Shown here: one piece after another, positions 29,034 through 41,392 of the stretch
Layout: each line of letters starts with the position of its first letter
Numbering within the stretch: the stretch's first letter is position 1
NCBI GenBank assembly: GCA_044229975.1
Contig: JBGARZ010000003.1
Span: 128,001 to 192,000, forward strand
Length of the DNA: 64,000 bases
Direction: 5' to 3'
Source of the DNA: Polyangiales bacterium
Lineage (GTDB): Bacteria; Myxococcota_A; Polyangia; Polyangiales; Ga0077539
Notes under the pieces: generated by a model
Databases searched by the model: none
What the model was told of the DNA's origin: nothing
The model's input: only the letters and a program-made list of their open reading frames with translations
Translations under genes and position numbers: made by a program

Positions 29034-31419
29034 CGGCGCGCGGAGGGATGGACGGAGAGGCGGGGCGTTCGAGCAGCGCGTGCGCGAGCACCTCGTCGAT
29101 CTTCGCGCAGAAGTCGATACGCAGCTCGTCGCGCACCTCCTGGGGGATGTCCTCCAGGTCCTTGCGATTGCGAGCCGGCAGCAGGACGTGCTTGATGCCC
29201 GCGCGGTGCGCCGCGAGGACCTTCTCCTTCACGCCGCCGATGGGGGTGACGATGCCGCGCAGGGTGATCTCGCCGGTCATCGCGAGGTCGCTGCGAACGG
29301 GGCGACCCGTCATGAGCGACGTGATGGCCGTGACCATCGCCACGCCCGCGCTCGGCCCGTCCTTCGGGGTGCCGCCCGCCGGGACGTGCAGGTGGATGTC
29401 GCTGTTGGCAAGCACCTCCGGGTCGATGCCCAGGTGCTCGGAGTGCGTGCGCACCCACGAGAAGGCCGCGGCGACGGACTCCTTCATCACGTTGCCGAGC
29501 TGGCCTGTGATCGAGATGTTGCCCTTGCCCGCGTACTTCGTCGCCTCGATGAAGAGGATGACGCCGCCCACCGGCGTCCACGCGAGGCCCGCGACGATGC
29601 CCACGCCCGGCGCACGCTCGGCGCCCTCCTCCAGAAACTTCGGCGGGCCCATCACGGACTCGACGAAGGCCGCCGTGGCCGTCTCGTGGACGTCCTCGCC
29701 GGAGGCCACCCGCACCGCCACCGCGCGGCACACCGCCGCGATCTCTCGCGTCAGGTTTCGCACGCCGGCTTCGCGCGTGTAGCTCTCGATGAGCGACGCG
29801 TACCCGTCGTCCTTCCACTCCAGGCGCTCGCTGGTGAGCCCGTGCTCTTCGAGCGCCTTCGGACCGATGTACTCGCGCGCGATGTGGAGCTTCTCGACGC
29901 GGGTGTAGCCCGCGATCTCGATGACCTCCATGCGGTCGAGCAGCGGCGCCGGGATGGTCTCCCGGTTGTTGGCCGTGCAGATGAACATCGCGTGCGAGAT
30001 GTCGTACGGCACGTCGATGTAGTGATCGACGAAGGTGCTGTTCTGATCGGGGTCGAGCACCTCAAGCAGCGCCGAAGCGGGATCGCCACGAACGTCCGCC
30101 CCCATCTTGTCGACCTCGTCGAGGATGAGGATGGGGTTGACGGTCCCCGCCTTCTTCATGGCCTGGACGATGCGGCCTGGCAGCGCGCCCACGTAGGTGC
30201 GCCGGTGTCCGCGAATCTCCGCCTCGTCGCGAACGCCGCCGAGCGAGATGCGAACCATCTGTCGACCGATGGCCCTCGCGATGCTCTTGGCGAGCGAGGT
30301 CTTGCCCACGCCGGGCGGCCCGATGAAGCACAGGATGGGACCGCGCCCGTCCTTGCGGAGCTTGCGGACGGCCACGTACTCGACGATGCGCTTCTTCGGC
30401 TTGTCGAGGCCGAAGTGATCTTCGTCGAGCGCGCGGCGCACGGCCTCGACGTCGAAGCGGTCTTCCGTCGAGCGCGACCACGGGATGTCCGCGAGCCACT
30501 CGATGTACGTGCGCGTGACCTGGTACTCCGCCGAGTGGCCCTGCATCGCGCGCAGTCGACCGAGCTGGCGCTTGGCGACCTTCTCGATCTCGTAGGGGAG
30601 CTTCGCCTTGGCGACGCGCTCGCGGAGCTGGTCGAGCTCCTCCTCGCTCTCGTCGGTCTCGCCGAGCTCTTCCTTGATGGTCTTGAGCTGCGCGCGGAGG
30701 ATCTCCTCCCGCTCGCTGCGCCCCATCTCACCGGTGACGAGCTGGTGCACCTCCTTGCGGACGCGGTGCAGCTCGTGGACGCGGCGCGCGAGGTGGTGCG
30801 CGAGGCGCAGCCGCTCTTCGAGGTCTTCGGCTTCGAGCACCTGCTGCCGGTCGGCCGGGCTCACCGGCGGCGTCGGCAGGTGGAGCGCCACGAGGTCGGC
30901 GAGCGACCCGGGCTCGGCGGCGTTTTCGGCGACCGTCACCAGCTCACGCGGCACCGGCGGCGAGAACTCGCCGAGCGCCCGCGCGACCTCGCGCAGCTCC
31001 CGCGCGACGCGCTCGATCTCGGGGCTGCGCGAGAGGTTTTCGGTGACGCGCTGGATGCGCCCGCGGAGGTACGGCGACTCGCTCGCCATGCCCACGAGCT
31101 TCATCCGCGCGATGCCCTGGAGGAGCACCGAGTAGTTGGAGGCCCCGAGCTTGATGACCTTCACGATGCGGGCGACGGTGCCCATCTCGTAGAGGTCGGC
31201 GAGCGTCGGGTCTTCGGTGTCGGGCGACTTCTGCGTCACCACGGCCACCAGCCGATGCTCCTGGTGCATCAGCTCTTCGACGAGGCGAACCGAGCGCGCA
31301 CGCCCGACGTTGATGGGCACCACCGCGGCCGGAAACAGCACGGCGTTGCGCAGCGGCAGGATGGGAAGGACCTCGACCGAGCCGGGGCCCCCACTCGTAG
31401 AATCGTCTTCTCGCGTCAC
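28999..31419 (-). CDS. lon: ATP-dependent protease La (Lon)
   Basis: [32 protein letters not shown] (catalytic Ser), GGVKEK (catalytic Lys). Confidence 0.97.
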   Translation of the reverse strand: MTREDDSTSGGPGSVEVLPILPLRNAVLFPAAVVPINVGRARSVRLVEELMHQEHRLVAVVTQKSPDTEDPTLADLYEMGTVARIVKVIKLGASNYSVLLQGIARMKLVGMASESPYLRGRIQRVTENLSRSPEIERVARELREVARALGEFSPPVPRELVTVAENAAEPGSLADLVALHLPTPPVSPADRQQVLEAEDLEERLRLAHHLARRVHELHRVRKEVHQLVTGEMGRSEREEILRAQLKTIKEELGETDESEEELDQLRERVAKAKLPYEIEKVAKRQLGRLRAMQGHSAEYQVTRTYIEWLADIPWSRSTEDRFDVEAVRRALDEDHFGLDKPKKRIVEYVAVRKLRKDGRGPILCFIGPPGVGKTSLAKSIARAIGRQMVRISLGGVRDEAEIRGHRRTYVGALPGRIVQAMKKAGTVNPILILDEVDKMGADVRGDPASALLEVLDPDQNSTFVDHYIDVPYDISHAMFICTANNRETIPAPLLDRMEVIEIAGYTRVEKLHIAREYIGPKALEEHGLTSERLEWKDDGYASLIESYTREAGVRNLTREIAAVCRAVAVRVASGEDVHETATAAFVESVMGPPKFLEEGAERAPGVGIVAGLAWTPVGGVILFIEATKYAGKGNISITGQLGNVMKESVAAAFSWVRTHSEHLGIDPEVLANSDIHLHVPAGGTPKDGPSAGVAMVTAITSLMTGRPVRSDLAMTGEITLRGIVTPIGGVKEKVLAAHRAGIKHVLLPARNRKDLEDIPQEVRDELRIDFCAKIDEVLAHALLERPASPSIPPRADDDDAAVEANR

Positions 31420-31504
31420 AGTTCGGGAACCCTAGGAAACGCGGCCCCCGGTTGCAAGCCCGCGCTGCCTCGTCCCTGATTCTTCTCTCCGACGCGGCGC
31501 GTGA

Positions 31505-32362
31505 TCAGCCGGTTTGACGCTTCGCCCGCCCGGCCGGCGCCGTCGTGACCGTCTTGCGCGCGGGCGCCTTGCGCCGCACCCCGATGAGCCCCAGGCGCGA
31601 CATCACCTCTGCGGTGAGCCCTTCGTAGTCCTCGCGACCGCGGCCCCCTTCGGGCTCGTGCTCGAAGATGGTCTTGCGGTGCGAGGGCGCTGCCTTGTGG
31701 TGCGTGTTGGCGCGAATCACCGTCTCGAAGACCTCGGCCCCGAAGCGCCCGCGCAGCACCTCCTCGACCTCTGCGGTGATGCGCTCGCGTCGGTCGACCA
31801 TGGTGAGCAGATAGCCGAGCACCTCGGCCTTCGCCCCGGCGCGGTCTCGCAAGCGAGCGAGCGTATCACCCAGGAGCTTGAGCCCGAGCATCGGCAGGTA
31901 CTCGCACGACACCGGGATGAGCACCTTCTCCGCCGCGACCAGCGCGTTGACGGTGAGGAGTCCGAGGTACGGCGCGGTGTCGACCACCACCACGTCCATC
32001 GCCTGCACTCCGGGGCACCGCAGCGTGCGCTCGAACACCCGCTCGCGACCGAAGGCCGACGCGAGGTGCAGATCGACCAGTGCCATCGACTCTCCGGCAG
32101 GCGCGAGGGAGAGATTCTCGACGCGGGTCGGCACCACCGCCGCGTCGAGCGGACGCTCTTCCATGAGCACGCGCGCGACGTCGATGACCCCGTCGGCGGG
32201 GACCATGCCGAGGCACGCGCTGGCGCTGCCCTGGATGTCGAGGTCGACGAGGAGCGTCTTGAGGCCGCGCTGGGCGAAGCCCGCCGCGAGGTTGACCGCG
32301 GTGGTGGTCTTGCCGACGCCGCCCTTCTGGTTGGCGATCGCGATGATGTGTGGTGCTGCCAT
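31505..32362 (-). CDS. ParA/Soj-family ATPase (no adjacent parB)
   Basis: NQKGGVGKTTT, DLDIQG, DTAPYLG. Confidence 0.92.
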   Translation of the reverse strand: MAAPHIIAIANQKGGVGKTTTAVNLAAGFAQRGLKTLLVDLDIQGSASACLGMVPADGVIDVARVLMEERPLDAAVVPTRVENLSLAPAGESMALVDLHLASAFGRERVFERTLRCPGVQAMDVVVVDTAPYLGLLTVNALVAAEKVLIPVSCEYLPMLGLKLLGDTLARLRDRAGAKAEVLGYLLTMVDRRERITAEVEEVLRGRFGAEVFETVIRANTHHKAAPSHRKTIFEHEPEGGRGREDYEGLTAEVMSRLGLIGVRRKAPARKTVTTAPAGRAKRQTG

Positions 32363-32431
32363 GGCGGCGGGGACCTCCACACAGGAGCGCACACGGGGTC
32401 AAGGAATTGGTCGGGCGGGTGGGAGACGGGA

Positions 32432-32478
32432 GCGACTTTTTGGGTTGCGGTCGGAGGGCGCTCGCGACTAAAAGTTGC
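32432..32478 (+). promoter_or_regulatory. Putative paired activator sites (GCGAC-N7-GTTGC and GCGAC-N5-GTTGC)
   Basis: Two imperfect inverted repeats with A/T-rich cores, 50-100 bp upstream of a sigma54-like promoter. Confidence 0.4.
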
Positions 32479-32529
32479 CCGCGCTTGGCCTTTGGCTCTT
32501 TAAGACTGGCTTACCGAGGCCCGCTCGCG

Positions 32530-32545
32530 GGGCACGAAAATAGCT
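32530..32545 (+). promoter_or_regulatory. Putative sigma54 (-24/-12) promoter
   Basis: GGCACG-AAAA-TAGC gives exact GG-N10-GC spacing and is close to the TGGCACG-N4-TTGC consensus; about 30 nt before ATG 32576. Confidence 0.6.
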
Positions 32546-32575
32546 GTTTCGTAGACGTACGGAGAGACCGGGAAG

Positions 32576-32788
32576 ATGTCCAAGGCACAGTGGAATGGCG
32601 CGCTGCTCATGGTCGCAGCGATGTCGGTGGCGGGTTGTGAGCACGCCCTGGTCGGCAACGCGACGGCGCTGGTGTTGACCCTCGGGCTCTTCGTCGGAAC
32701 GCTCCAACTCGGTCGCCAGCGCGCCCCCCAGGTCGGCGCCAGCGAAGTCACCACCGTCGCTTCTTCGTCGCAGACCTCCGGCCGCTGA
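32576..32788 (+). CDS. Small (70 aa) membrane protein, lipobox-like
   Basis: Hydrophobic stretch ending VAGC, then a second hydrophobic helix; ends 18 nt before the next gene. Confidence 0.6.
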   Translation: MSKAQWNGALLMVAAMSVAGCEHALVGNATALVLTLGLFVGTLQLGRQRAPQVGASEVTTVASSSQTSGR

Positions 32789-32806
32789 CGTGGGGCCGCG
32801 GCGCCC

Positions 32807-33994
<1,188 letters not shown>

Positions 33995-35586
33995 CAGACG
34001 TCCGTCTCGGTCGTCGCCCGGGTGCACTGGGTGAAGCGACCGTTGCCCGCGCGCAGCGGCGTCACGCGGCAGTCGCGCACGCCGCACGCGTTGGTGATGA
34101 CCCGTACGTCCGCGGCGAGCCAGGTCCAGTTGGCGCTGCCGATGCCTTCGTTGTCGCGGCAGCTCATGGAAACGAGCCCGTCGTCGACGCTGCCCACCGC
34201 CGCGCGCGTCACGCCGCCGCAGTGCACCGCGAGCACCGGATGAACGATGTCGTCCCGCGCGTCGCTCCCGTCGCAGAGCCCGTGGTCGCGGTAGTAGTTC
34301 ACGCCGACGCGGAAGGTGGCATCGTCCGGAGGGTCGTCTACCGAGGCGTTTTCGGGGAAGCAGTAGCGCGGGTCGCGACCGTCGGTGACGCGCGGGTCAC
34401 ACACGATGTTGTCGACGTCGAGGCGGGGGTTCCAGCAGCGGCCCGCGGTGCGCCACATGTCGCCGAAGGGCGGGGGAAAGTCCTGGCAGAGCTCGCTCGT
34501 GGCCGACGGCGCGAAGCGGGTGTCGCGGTCGTCGATGTTCCAGCGGACGGTGCCGCCCGGCGACTTGCACGTCTGGTAGTAGCAGTCCTCGGCGGTGAAC
34601 CAGTGTGACGACTGCGAGCGTCGACGATCGATGATCGCGACGTGGAGGTCCATGTCCGCGCCAGGGCTGTCGATGCCGCCCTTGCGGTCCCAGTCGAGCT
34701 CGACCCGCAGCCCGCGGCCCTGCGCATACAGCGGGAAGGTGCACCGCTGCTCGCCACTTGCCCGCGTCGACACCAACGTGAGCTCGTAGCGCCCCGCCCG
34801 CGGAACAGTCACCCGCAGCGTCGCCCCCTCCCCCGTCGGTACGGGGCACGGCGTCACGCCCTCCGGGCACGCGAGCGTCCAGCGGTAGCTCGTGGCCATC
34901 GGGTCGATGCCACGCCCGTCGTAGGTGAACTCCACCAACGGAACCGCCCCTACGCTCGCCGGGCAGAGCACCGACGACGCGCACCCGGAGACGCCGTCGT
35001 CGATCGCGCCGTCGCAGTCGTCGTCGCGCCCGTTGCACGCCTCCTCGGTCGGAACCACCGCGCCCTGACACTCGGTGCCGACCCACGCCGCGAACTCCGT
35101 GCAGCGCGCGGTGCCGTCCCTGCACGCGCCGACGCCGCGACGATCGGATGCGCCTGGAAAGCACGCGCGCATCTCGCCCGGTGTGCACGCGCAGAGCTCG
35201 TCGATGAGCCCGTTGCAGTTGTCGTCGATGCCGTTGCCGGGACCGCGCCCGCCGTCCACATCGGCAGCACCACACCGCTCGACCGGACCGCACGGGGAAT
35301 CGCGGCACGGGTCGATGGGCGTCACGTCGAGGCGCACGTTGAGGTCGGGCGTCGGACCGAAGTCCGTCGACGCGTCGCCGAAGGAGATCGACCCATCGCC
35401 GACGAGACCTGACGGACGCCCCGAGCCGCTGCACTGCGCCAACAAGAGACCCGCCAAGACGCAGCCGATGGAAGCCAGACGCACGGGCGCGACCATAGCG
35501 CGACGCGCGGGCCGCTGTCGCCCGCACGCGCTGCTTGTCAGGTCGACGGACGCGACGATACCGTCCGCCCCCACCACAGCCGCTCC

Positions 35587-37137
35587 ATGCGTACCCGCCA
35601 CGCCTCGATCATTCTCGCGCTCGCCGCGTCGGCTCTCCCCACGAGCTTAGGCGCGCAGCCGCGCCCCCCGGCCACTACGCCAGCGCGCCCCGCCGAACCC
35701 GAAGGGACGCTGCTCCGCATCGAGATCCCGGGCGAGGTTCAGGTGCGCTACTCGGGGCTCACGGACATCCCCCTTGCCACCACGCCGGGCCGCACCGACC
35801 AGGCCGCCACCCTCGGGCAGAACGCCTTCTTCGAGTCGTGGCTCCGCCTCCGCCCGCGGGTGTCCATCGGCGAGCGCGTGCGCTTCGTGTTCCAGTTCGA
35901 CGTGGCCCGCGCGGTGGTGCCCGACGCGCCCGCGCAGGACGTCGGGCTCGCCATCGAGCCCCGCGGCGACGTCTTCCCCTATGGCGCCTTCGACGTGCGC
36001 CAGGGGTACCTGGAGTGGGACTCCCCCATCGGCGTCGTGCGCGCCGGACAGCAGGGCTTCACCTGGGGCCTCGGCGTCGTCGCCAACGACGGCGACCGCA
36101 GCCCCACCTTCGGCGACTACCGCTACGGTGACCTCGTCGAGCGTGTGTCCATCGCCACCCGGCCCGGCGGGCGCAGCTCCAACCTCGTCGTGGCCCTCGC
36201 GGGTGATCTCGTCTATCGCGACCGCATCACCTCGCTCGTCGACGGCGACATCGCCCTGCAAGGCGTCGCGTCCGTCTTCTATCAAGACCACGCGTGCCGC
36301 ACCGCCTGCGATCGCCGCCGCGTCGGCGCGCTCGCGACCTACCGCGACGTGTCGTTCCGCGAGGGCGACTACCTCCGCGTGGTCGTCGGCGATCTCCTGG
36401 CGCAGTGGGACTGGCCCACCCCCGACGGAACCGGCCGCGTGTTTGCCGGCGCCGAACTCGCCGTTATCGCGGGTGCCACCAACGCCGCCCGCACCACCCT
36501 CGTCGACCGCCACGATGTCATCCAGTTTGGCGGCGCCGCACGCGTCGGCATCGAGCGCCCCGACCGCTACCGCTTCACGCTGGAAGGCGGCTACGCCTCG
36601 GGCGACCGCAACCCCGTCGACGACTCCCAGCGACGCTTCGCGTTCAACCCAAGCCACCGCGTCGGGATGATCCTCTTCCCCGAGCTCATCGCGTGGGAGA
36701 CCGCCCGCTCGGCGTCCATCGCGGGCGACCCCGACATCGTCGCGCGCGGCGCCAACGGCCGACGCCTGTTGCCCTCCAACGGCGGCGTGACAGGCGCGGC
36801 CTACCTCTACCCGACAGCAGTCGTGAACCTCGGTCGTCGGCTCGATCTGCGCTTCGGCGCCGTCATCGGCGTGGCCACCTCGGACTGGGTCGACCCCACC
36901 TCGGTGCAGCTCTATGGCAGCGCCCGCAACTACCGCGGCGGTGACTCCAAGCGCCGCGACCTCGGCGTCGAGCTCGACCTCGGCGTCAACGGGCGCTTCC
37001 CCCTCCCCGGCAACGTCACGCTGACGGGCGGCGTGCAGGGCGCGGTGCTCTTCGCGGGTCACGCCTTCGACGACGCCAACGGCCGCGGCCTCGGCCGCAT
37101 CGGGATGGCGACGGCGCGCCTGGGGGTGGAGTTCTGA
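35587..37137 (+). CDS. Predicted outer-membrane beta-barrel protein
   Basis: Signal peptide, amphipathic beta-strands, DLGVELDL strand, C-terminal ARLGVEF. Confidence 0.8.
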   Translation: MRTRHASIILALAASALPTSLGAQPRPPATTPARPAEPEGTLLRIEIPGEVQVRYSGLTDIPLATTPGRTDQAATLGQNAFFESWLRLRPRVSIGERVRFVFQFDVARAVVPDAPAQDVGLAIEPRGDVFPYGAFDVRQGYLEWDSPIGVVRAGQQGFTWGLGVVANDGDRSPTFGDYRYGDLVERVSIATRPGGRSSNLVVALAGDLVYRDRITSLVDGDIALQGVASVFYQDHACRTACDRRRVGALATYRDVSFREGDYLRVVVGDLLAQWDWPTPDGTGRVFAGAELAVIAGATNAARTTLVDRHDVIQFGGAARVGIERPDRYRFTLEGGYASGDRNPVDDSQRRFAFNPSHRVGMILFPELIAWETARSASIAGDPDIVARGANGRRLLPSNGGVTGAAYLYPTAVVNLGRRLDLRFGAVIGVATSDWVDPTSVQLYGSARNYRGGDSKRRDLGVELDLGVNGRFPLPGNVTLTGGVQGAVLFAGHAFDDANGRGLGRIGMATARLGVEF

Positions 37138-40100
37138 TGCTTCGGAGAGTCGACATCGTCATGCGTACGCGAAGCCTGCTCGGGGCGTTGGTTCTGTTGT
37201 CGGCCTGCGACGGGGGCGACCCCATCGACGAGTCCTCTCCCTCCGCCGCGTCGCTCTCCCCATCACAGCGGGGACCGCGCGTGGTGTGGGACCTCGGCGC
37301 ACGGCCGCTCCCGGAGATTCCGCTGCCCAACGACGTCGCGACCTTCCCCGACGCGACCTCACCGACGGGGGTGCGCATCAACGCGAGCCTCGTCGCGCCG
37401 ACGGCCTTCGAGTCCCAGCTCCGCGAGGGCTTCGCGACCCTCGACGGGTGGGGAACCTTCCAGCCCCTCACGGTCGCCTTCGACGACGACCTCGACCTCG
37501 ACAACCTCACGCGGCGCATGCGCGGCGACGACAACGACCTGCGCAACGACGCGGTCTACCTCGTCAACCTCCGCACGGGCGTACCGGTTCCGCTCGACAT
37601 GGGCGACGGCAACTTCGGCTACACGCTCAAGGTACGCGACGCGTACTTCCCCAACGACGCGCGCGCCGGTCAGAGCAACCTCCTCTTCGAGACCGTCGAC
37701 GAGGACACCAACTTCAACAACCGCCTCGACCCGGGCGAGGACACCAACTTCGACGGCGTCCTCAACCGCGCCGCCGTGTTCCCGCGCGGCTCGCGCCCCG
37801 AGGACAACCTCACGTCGTTCTGGGAGCCCGACACCCGTACCCTCATCCTCCGCCCGCTGCTGCCGCTGGAGGAGCGCACCCGCTACGCCGTGGTGCTCAC
37901 CAGCCGCCTCACCGGCCGCGGCAACCGCTCGGTGCGATCGCCCTTCCCCACCGTCGCCCACCCCGCACAGGCCCGCGACCTCGAAGCCCTCGACGGTCTC
38001 CTCCGCGCCCGCAGCAACTACTACGGTCCGCTCGTCTACCGGCCGCGCGGCGACGAGCCCGCCGACACCGCGCGCGTCACCTTCGCGTGGACCTTCCTCA
38101 CCCAGACCACCACGAGCGACCTGCTCGCGATGCGCCGCGGCCTCTACGGCGAAGGTCCCTTCGCGCAGCTCCAGGCCATCCAACCCGAGTTTCACCTCCG
38201 CGAGCTCAACACGGGCTCCGGGTGCACCGCCGATCAGCGCGATCGCCCGCTCATCATCCGCGGCCCGGCCCTCGCCAACCTCGCGCGACAGCTCGGCGAG
38301 GCCCTTGGCGTGAGCAGCGCCCAGCGCGACGCCCTCGTCGAGTCGTACCGGTACGTCGACTACCTCGCGTTTGGCACCTACCGCGTCCCGTACCCCATGG
38401 GCGACCCGGCCAGCACCGACCACCACGCCCACTGGGACATCAACCAGCGCACCGGCACCATTGCTCACCTCGGCACCGACACCGGCCAGTTCGGGCTCGT
38501 GGTGCCGAAGCCCCTGGCCGGTCGCCACGCGCCCTTCCCCGTCACGCTTTATGGGCACGGGTATACGGGCAGCTTCCTCGACGCGCTCGCCAACGGCCCC
38601 ACCCTCGCGGCGCACGGCATCGCCTCCCTCGGCGTCAACGCGATGGGCCACGGCCTCACGATGGACCCGGCCACCCGGCAGATCGTCTCCCTCCTGCTGC
38701 GCGGCATCTGCAACGCCGGCGTCGCCCCGGCGCTGCTGGAGAACCGCGCGCGCGACATCAACGGGGACGGCATGCCCGACTCCGGCGGTGACTTCTGGAC
38801 GGCGTACGTCTTCCACACGCGCGACGCGATGCGCCAGTCGGTGCTCGACCAGATGCAGCTCATCCGCGCGATGCGCTCGTTCGACGGCCGCACCCGCTCG
38901 CTCGACGACCTCAACCACAACGGCCAGCTCGACGACCTCGCGGGCGACTTCAACGGCGACGGCGTCGTCGACATCGGCGGCCCCGACACGCCGTACTTCG
39001 CCACCGGCGGATCGCTCGGCGGCATCCTCTCCATGACCCTCGGCAGCGCCGACGCCAACGTCCGCGCCGCGGCCCCCGTCTCGGGCGGCGGCGGCCTCAC
39101 CGATGTCGGCGTTCGCTCGACCCAGAGCGGCGTGAAGGAGGCCGTCATCCTGCGCGTGATGGGCCCGCTGCTCGCGACGATCCCCTCGTCGGCTTATCCC
39201 CCGGCCGGTCGCCGCACGCGCACTGCCTGCACGCCGACGCAGACCTCGCTGCGCTTCATCGTCCCCGACGTCAACGACACCGGCGAGCTGGAGGTCGCCT
39301 GCCTCGAAGCGTCCGACCTCGCGCCGGGCGACGACGCCGTGCTCACCAACGTCCGCAGCGGAGAGTCGCGCTGCGCCCGCGCAGGGATGGAGTCACGCCT
39401 TCGCATCGGCTTCCCCTCCAACGTCGACGACCGCCTCGTGCTCACCATCTTCCGCGGCAACGCGGTCACCAACTACGGCACCTGCGCCGTCCGACCCGAC
39501 GCGATCGTCGGGCGCGTGGTCGACCGGATCTCCGTCATCGAAGGCGACTGCGACGTCCACTGTGGACACATCCCACCGACGGTCCTGGCCGACGCCACGC
39601 CCCGTCGTTGGATCACACGCGGCGACCCGCTCAGCAGCCCCGCCGAGGGCATGGGCATCCGTCGGCAGACGCCCGAGATGCGGCGCTTCCTGTTGCTCGC
39701 GCAGGCCGCCCTCGACGGCGGCGACCCAGTGAGCTTCGCGCCGCTCTACTTCCTGCGCCGCCCCGACGACCACCTGACCCACGGCCTCCTGGTCGTGAAC
39801 ACCATCGGCGACCAGGCCGTGCCCATCAACACGGGCAACGCCTTCGCACGCGCCGCCGGGGCCATCCCCTTCCTCGGCGTCGACGCCCCCGCGCGCTTCC
39901 CCGAGCTCGCGGACTACGCCACGCCGCGCGCCATCTTCGCCCGCTACGACCGCACGCCAAACCGCGTGCTCGTCGACCGCGGCGTGCTCGAAGGCATCGC
40001 GTCGCTCAACCGCTTCCCGGTGACCGCAGGGCCCAACCGCCTCTTCGACGTCGACGACCTCGACGAGACGCTCCAGGGCTTCGGCGAGCGCAACCTCGAC

Positions 40101-40427
40101 CAGCCGCTGCGCCTCGTTCGGCGGGCTGTGCGCGCGAGCAACGCCGCCGAGCTCGACGCCGTCTGGGCACCAACCACCGCCACCTGGAACGGCAACACCG
40201 GCCCCTCCATCGCCGTGCTCAACGCGTACATGGAGCCCGGTGGCTCACACGCCTTCGAGGGCCCCGACCCCCGCCTCAACTGGGACCCGGCCAACTACCT
40301 CCTTCACACCATCGGTCGCTTCTTCAACACCAACGGCGCCGACCTCTACTACCGCAGCCATCCGCGCGACCACGGCTGCGCCGAGCGCGGCGACTGCGAC
40401 TTCATCGCGCCCCTTCCGGCGCCCTGA
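37137..40427 (+). CDS. Large lipoprotein with alpha/beta hydrolase (lipase-like, Pla-1/cef/VolA-like) domain
   Basis: Lipobox LSAC; IPLPND and DGWGT N-terminal motifs; YGHG, GGSLGG nucleophile elbow; several DxNxDG loops; probable alternative start at 37161. Confidence 0.8.
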   Translation: MLRRVDIVMRTRSLLGALVLLSACDGGDPIDESSPSAASLSPSQRGPRVVWDLGARPLPEIPLPNDVATFPDATSPTGVRINASLVAPTAFESQLREGFATLDGWGTFQPLTVAFDDDLDLDNLTRRMRGDDNDLRNDAVYLVNLRTGVPVPLDMGDGNFGYTLKVRDAYFPNDARAGQSNLLFETVDEDTNFNNRLDPGEDTNFDGVLNRAAVFPRGSRPEDNLTSFWEPDTRTLILRPLLPLEERTRYAVVLTSRLTGRGNRSVRSPFPTVAHPAQARDLEALDGLLRARSNYYGPLVYRPRGDEPADTARVTFAWTFLTQTTTSDLLAMRRGLYGEGPFAQLQAIQPEFHLRELNTGSGCTADQRDRPLIIRGPALANLARQLGEALGVSSAQRDALVESYRYVDYLAFGTYRVPYPMGDPASTDHHAHWDINQRTGTIAHLGTDTGQFGLVVPKPLAGRHAPFPVTLYGHGYTGSFLDALANGPTLAAHGIASLGVNAMGHGLTMDPATRQIVSLLLRGICNAGVAPALLENRARDINGDGMPDSGGDFWTAYVFHTRDAMRQSVLDQMQLIRAMRSFDGRTRSLDDLNHNGQLDDLAGDFNGDGVVDIGGPDTPYFATGGSLGGILSMTLGSADANVRAAAPVSGGGGLTDVGVRSTQSGVKEAVILRVMGPLLATIPSSAYPPAGRRTRTACTPTQTSLRFIVPDVNDTGELEVACLEASDLAPGDDAVLTNVRSGESRCARAGMESRLRIGFPSNVDDRLVLTIFRGNAVTNYGTCAVRPDAIVGRVVDRISVIEGDCDVHCGHIPPTVLADATPRRWITRGDPLSSPAEGMGIRRQTPEMRRFLLLAQAALDGGDPVSFAPLYFLRRPDDHLTHGLLVVNTIGDQAVPINTGNAFARAAGAIPFLGVDAPARFPELADYATPRAIFARYDRTPNRVLVDRGVLEGIASLNRFPVTAGPNRLFDVDDLDETLQGFGERNLDQPLRLVRRAVRASNAAELDAVWAPTTATWNGNTGPSIAVLNAYMEPGGSHAFEGPDPRLNWDPANYLLHTIGRFFNTNGADLYYRSHPRDHGCAERGDCDFIAPLPAP

Positions 40428-40432
40428 GACCT

Positions 40433-41392
40433 TTACCCTTCGGTGTATTCACCGAGCGCGCGGAAGCGCTGGTAGCGGTCCTCACGGAGCGCCGCCGGGC
40501 TCAAGCGCAGGAGCTCGTCGAGGTGGCGGCTGACGGCCTCGTCCACGCGACGCACTGCTTCCTTCGGGTCGCGATGTGCGCCGCCCACGGGCTCCGGAAT
40601 CACCTCGTCGGCGACGCCCGCGGTGTACACCTCGGCGGCGGTCATCCGCATCGCCCGCGCCGCGTCGGGCGCGCGCCCGCCGTCCTTCCACAAAATCGAC
40701 GCGCAGCCCTCCGGCGTGATGACCGCGTACGTCGCGTACTCGAGCATCAGCACCCGGTTGGCGACGGCGAGCGCGAGCGCACCGCCCGACCCGCCCTCCC
40801 CCAGCACCGTCGACACCACCGGAACCGTCAGCGACGACAGCTTCAACAGGCACTGACCGATCGCCTCGGACTGCCCACGCTCCTCGGCGCCGAGGCCGGG
40901 AAACGCGCCTGGCGTGTCGACGAAGGTCACCAGCGGACGCTTGAAGCGGGCCGCGAGCTCCATGAGCCGTAGCGCCTTCCGGTAGCCCTCGGGGTGGGGC
41001 ATGCCGAAGTTGCGGCGCACGTTCTCGCGCACGCCGCGACCCTTCTGGTGACCAAGCACCACGACGGGTCGGCCGTGGTAGCGAGCGAGACCGCCGACGA
41101 TCGCCGGGTCGTCGCGAAACGACCGGTCGCCCTTCAGCTCGACGAAGTCCTCCATCACCGCGGCGATGACGTCCTGCGTGCTCGGGCGATCGGGGTGCCG
41201 CGAGAGCCGCACCCGAGTCCACACACCGAGATCGCCGAAGAGGTTCTCTTCGAGGCGACGGGCTGCTGCTTCGAGGTGTTCGAGCTCGTCGGCGATGGCG
41301 TCGTCGGCGCCGGGCAATCGGGCGGCGGCCTTGAGCCCCTCGATGCGCTGCTCAAGCTCGCGCAGCGGGCGCTCGAACTCCAGCGTGCTCAT
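40433..41392 (-). CDS. accA: Acetyl-CoA carboxylase carboxyltransferase alpha subunit
   Basis: LEFERP, RHPDRP, FGMPHPEGYRKA, GEGGSGGA, EPVGGAH. Confidence 0.97.
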   Translation of the reverse strand: MSTLEFERPLRELEQRIEGLKAAARLPGADDAIADELEHLEAAARRLEENLFGDLGVWTRVRLSRHPDRPSTQDVIAAVMEDFVELKGDRSFRDDPAIVGGLARYHGRPVVVLGHQKGRGVRENVRRNFGMPHPEGYRKALRLMELAARFKRPLVTFVDTPGAFPGLGAEERGQSEAIGQCLLKLSSLTVPVVSTVLGEGGSGGALALAVANRVLMLEYATYAVITPEGCASILWKDGGRAPDAARAMRMTAAEVYTAGVADEVIPEPVGGAHRDPKEAVRRVDEAVSRHLDELLRLSPAALREDRYQRFRALGEYTEG

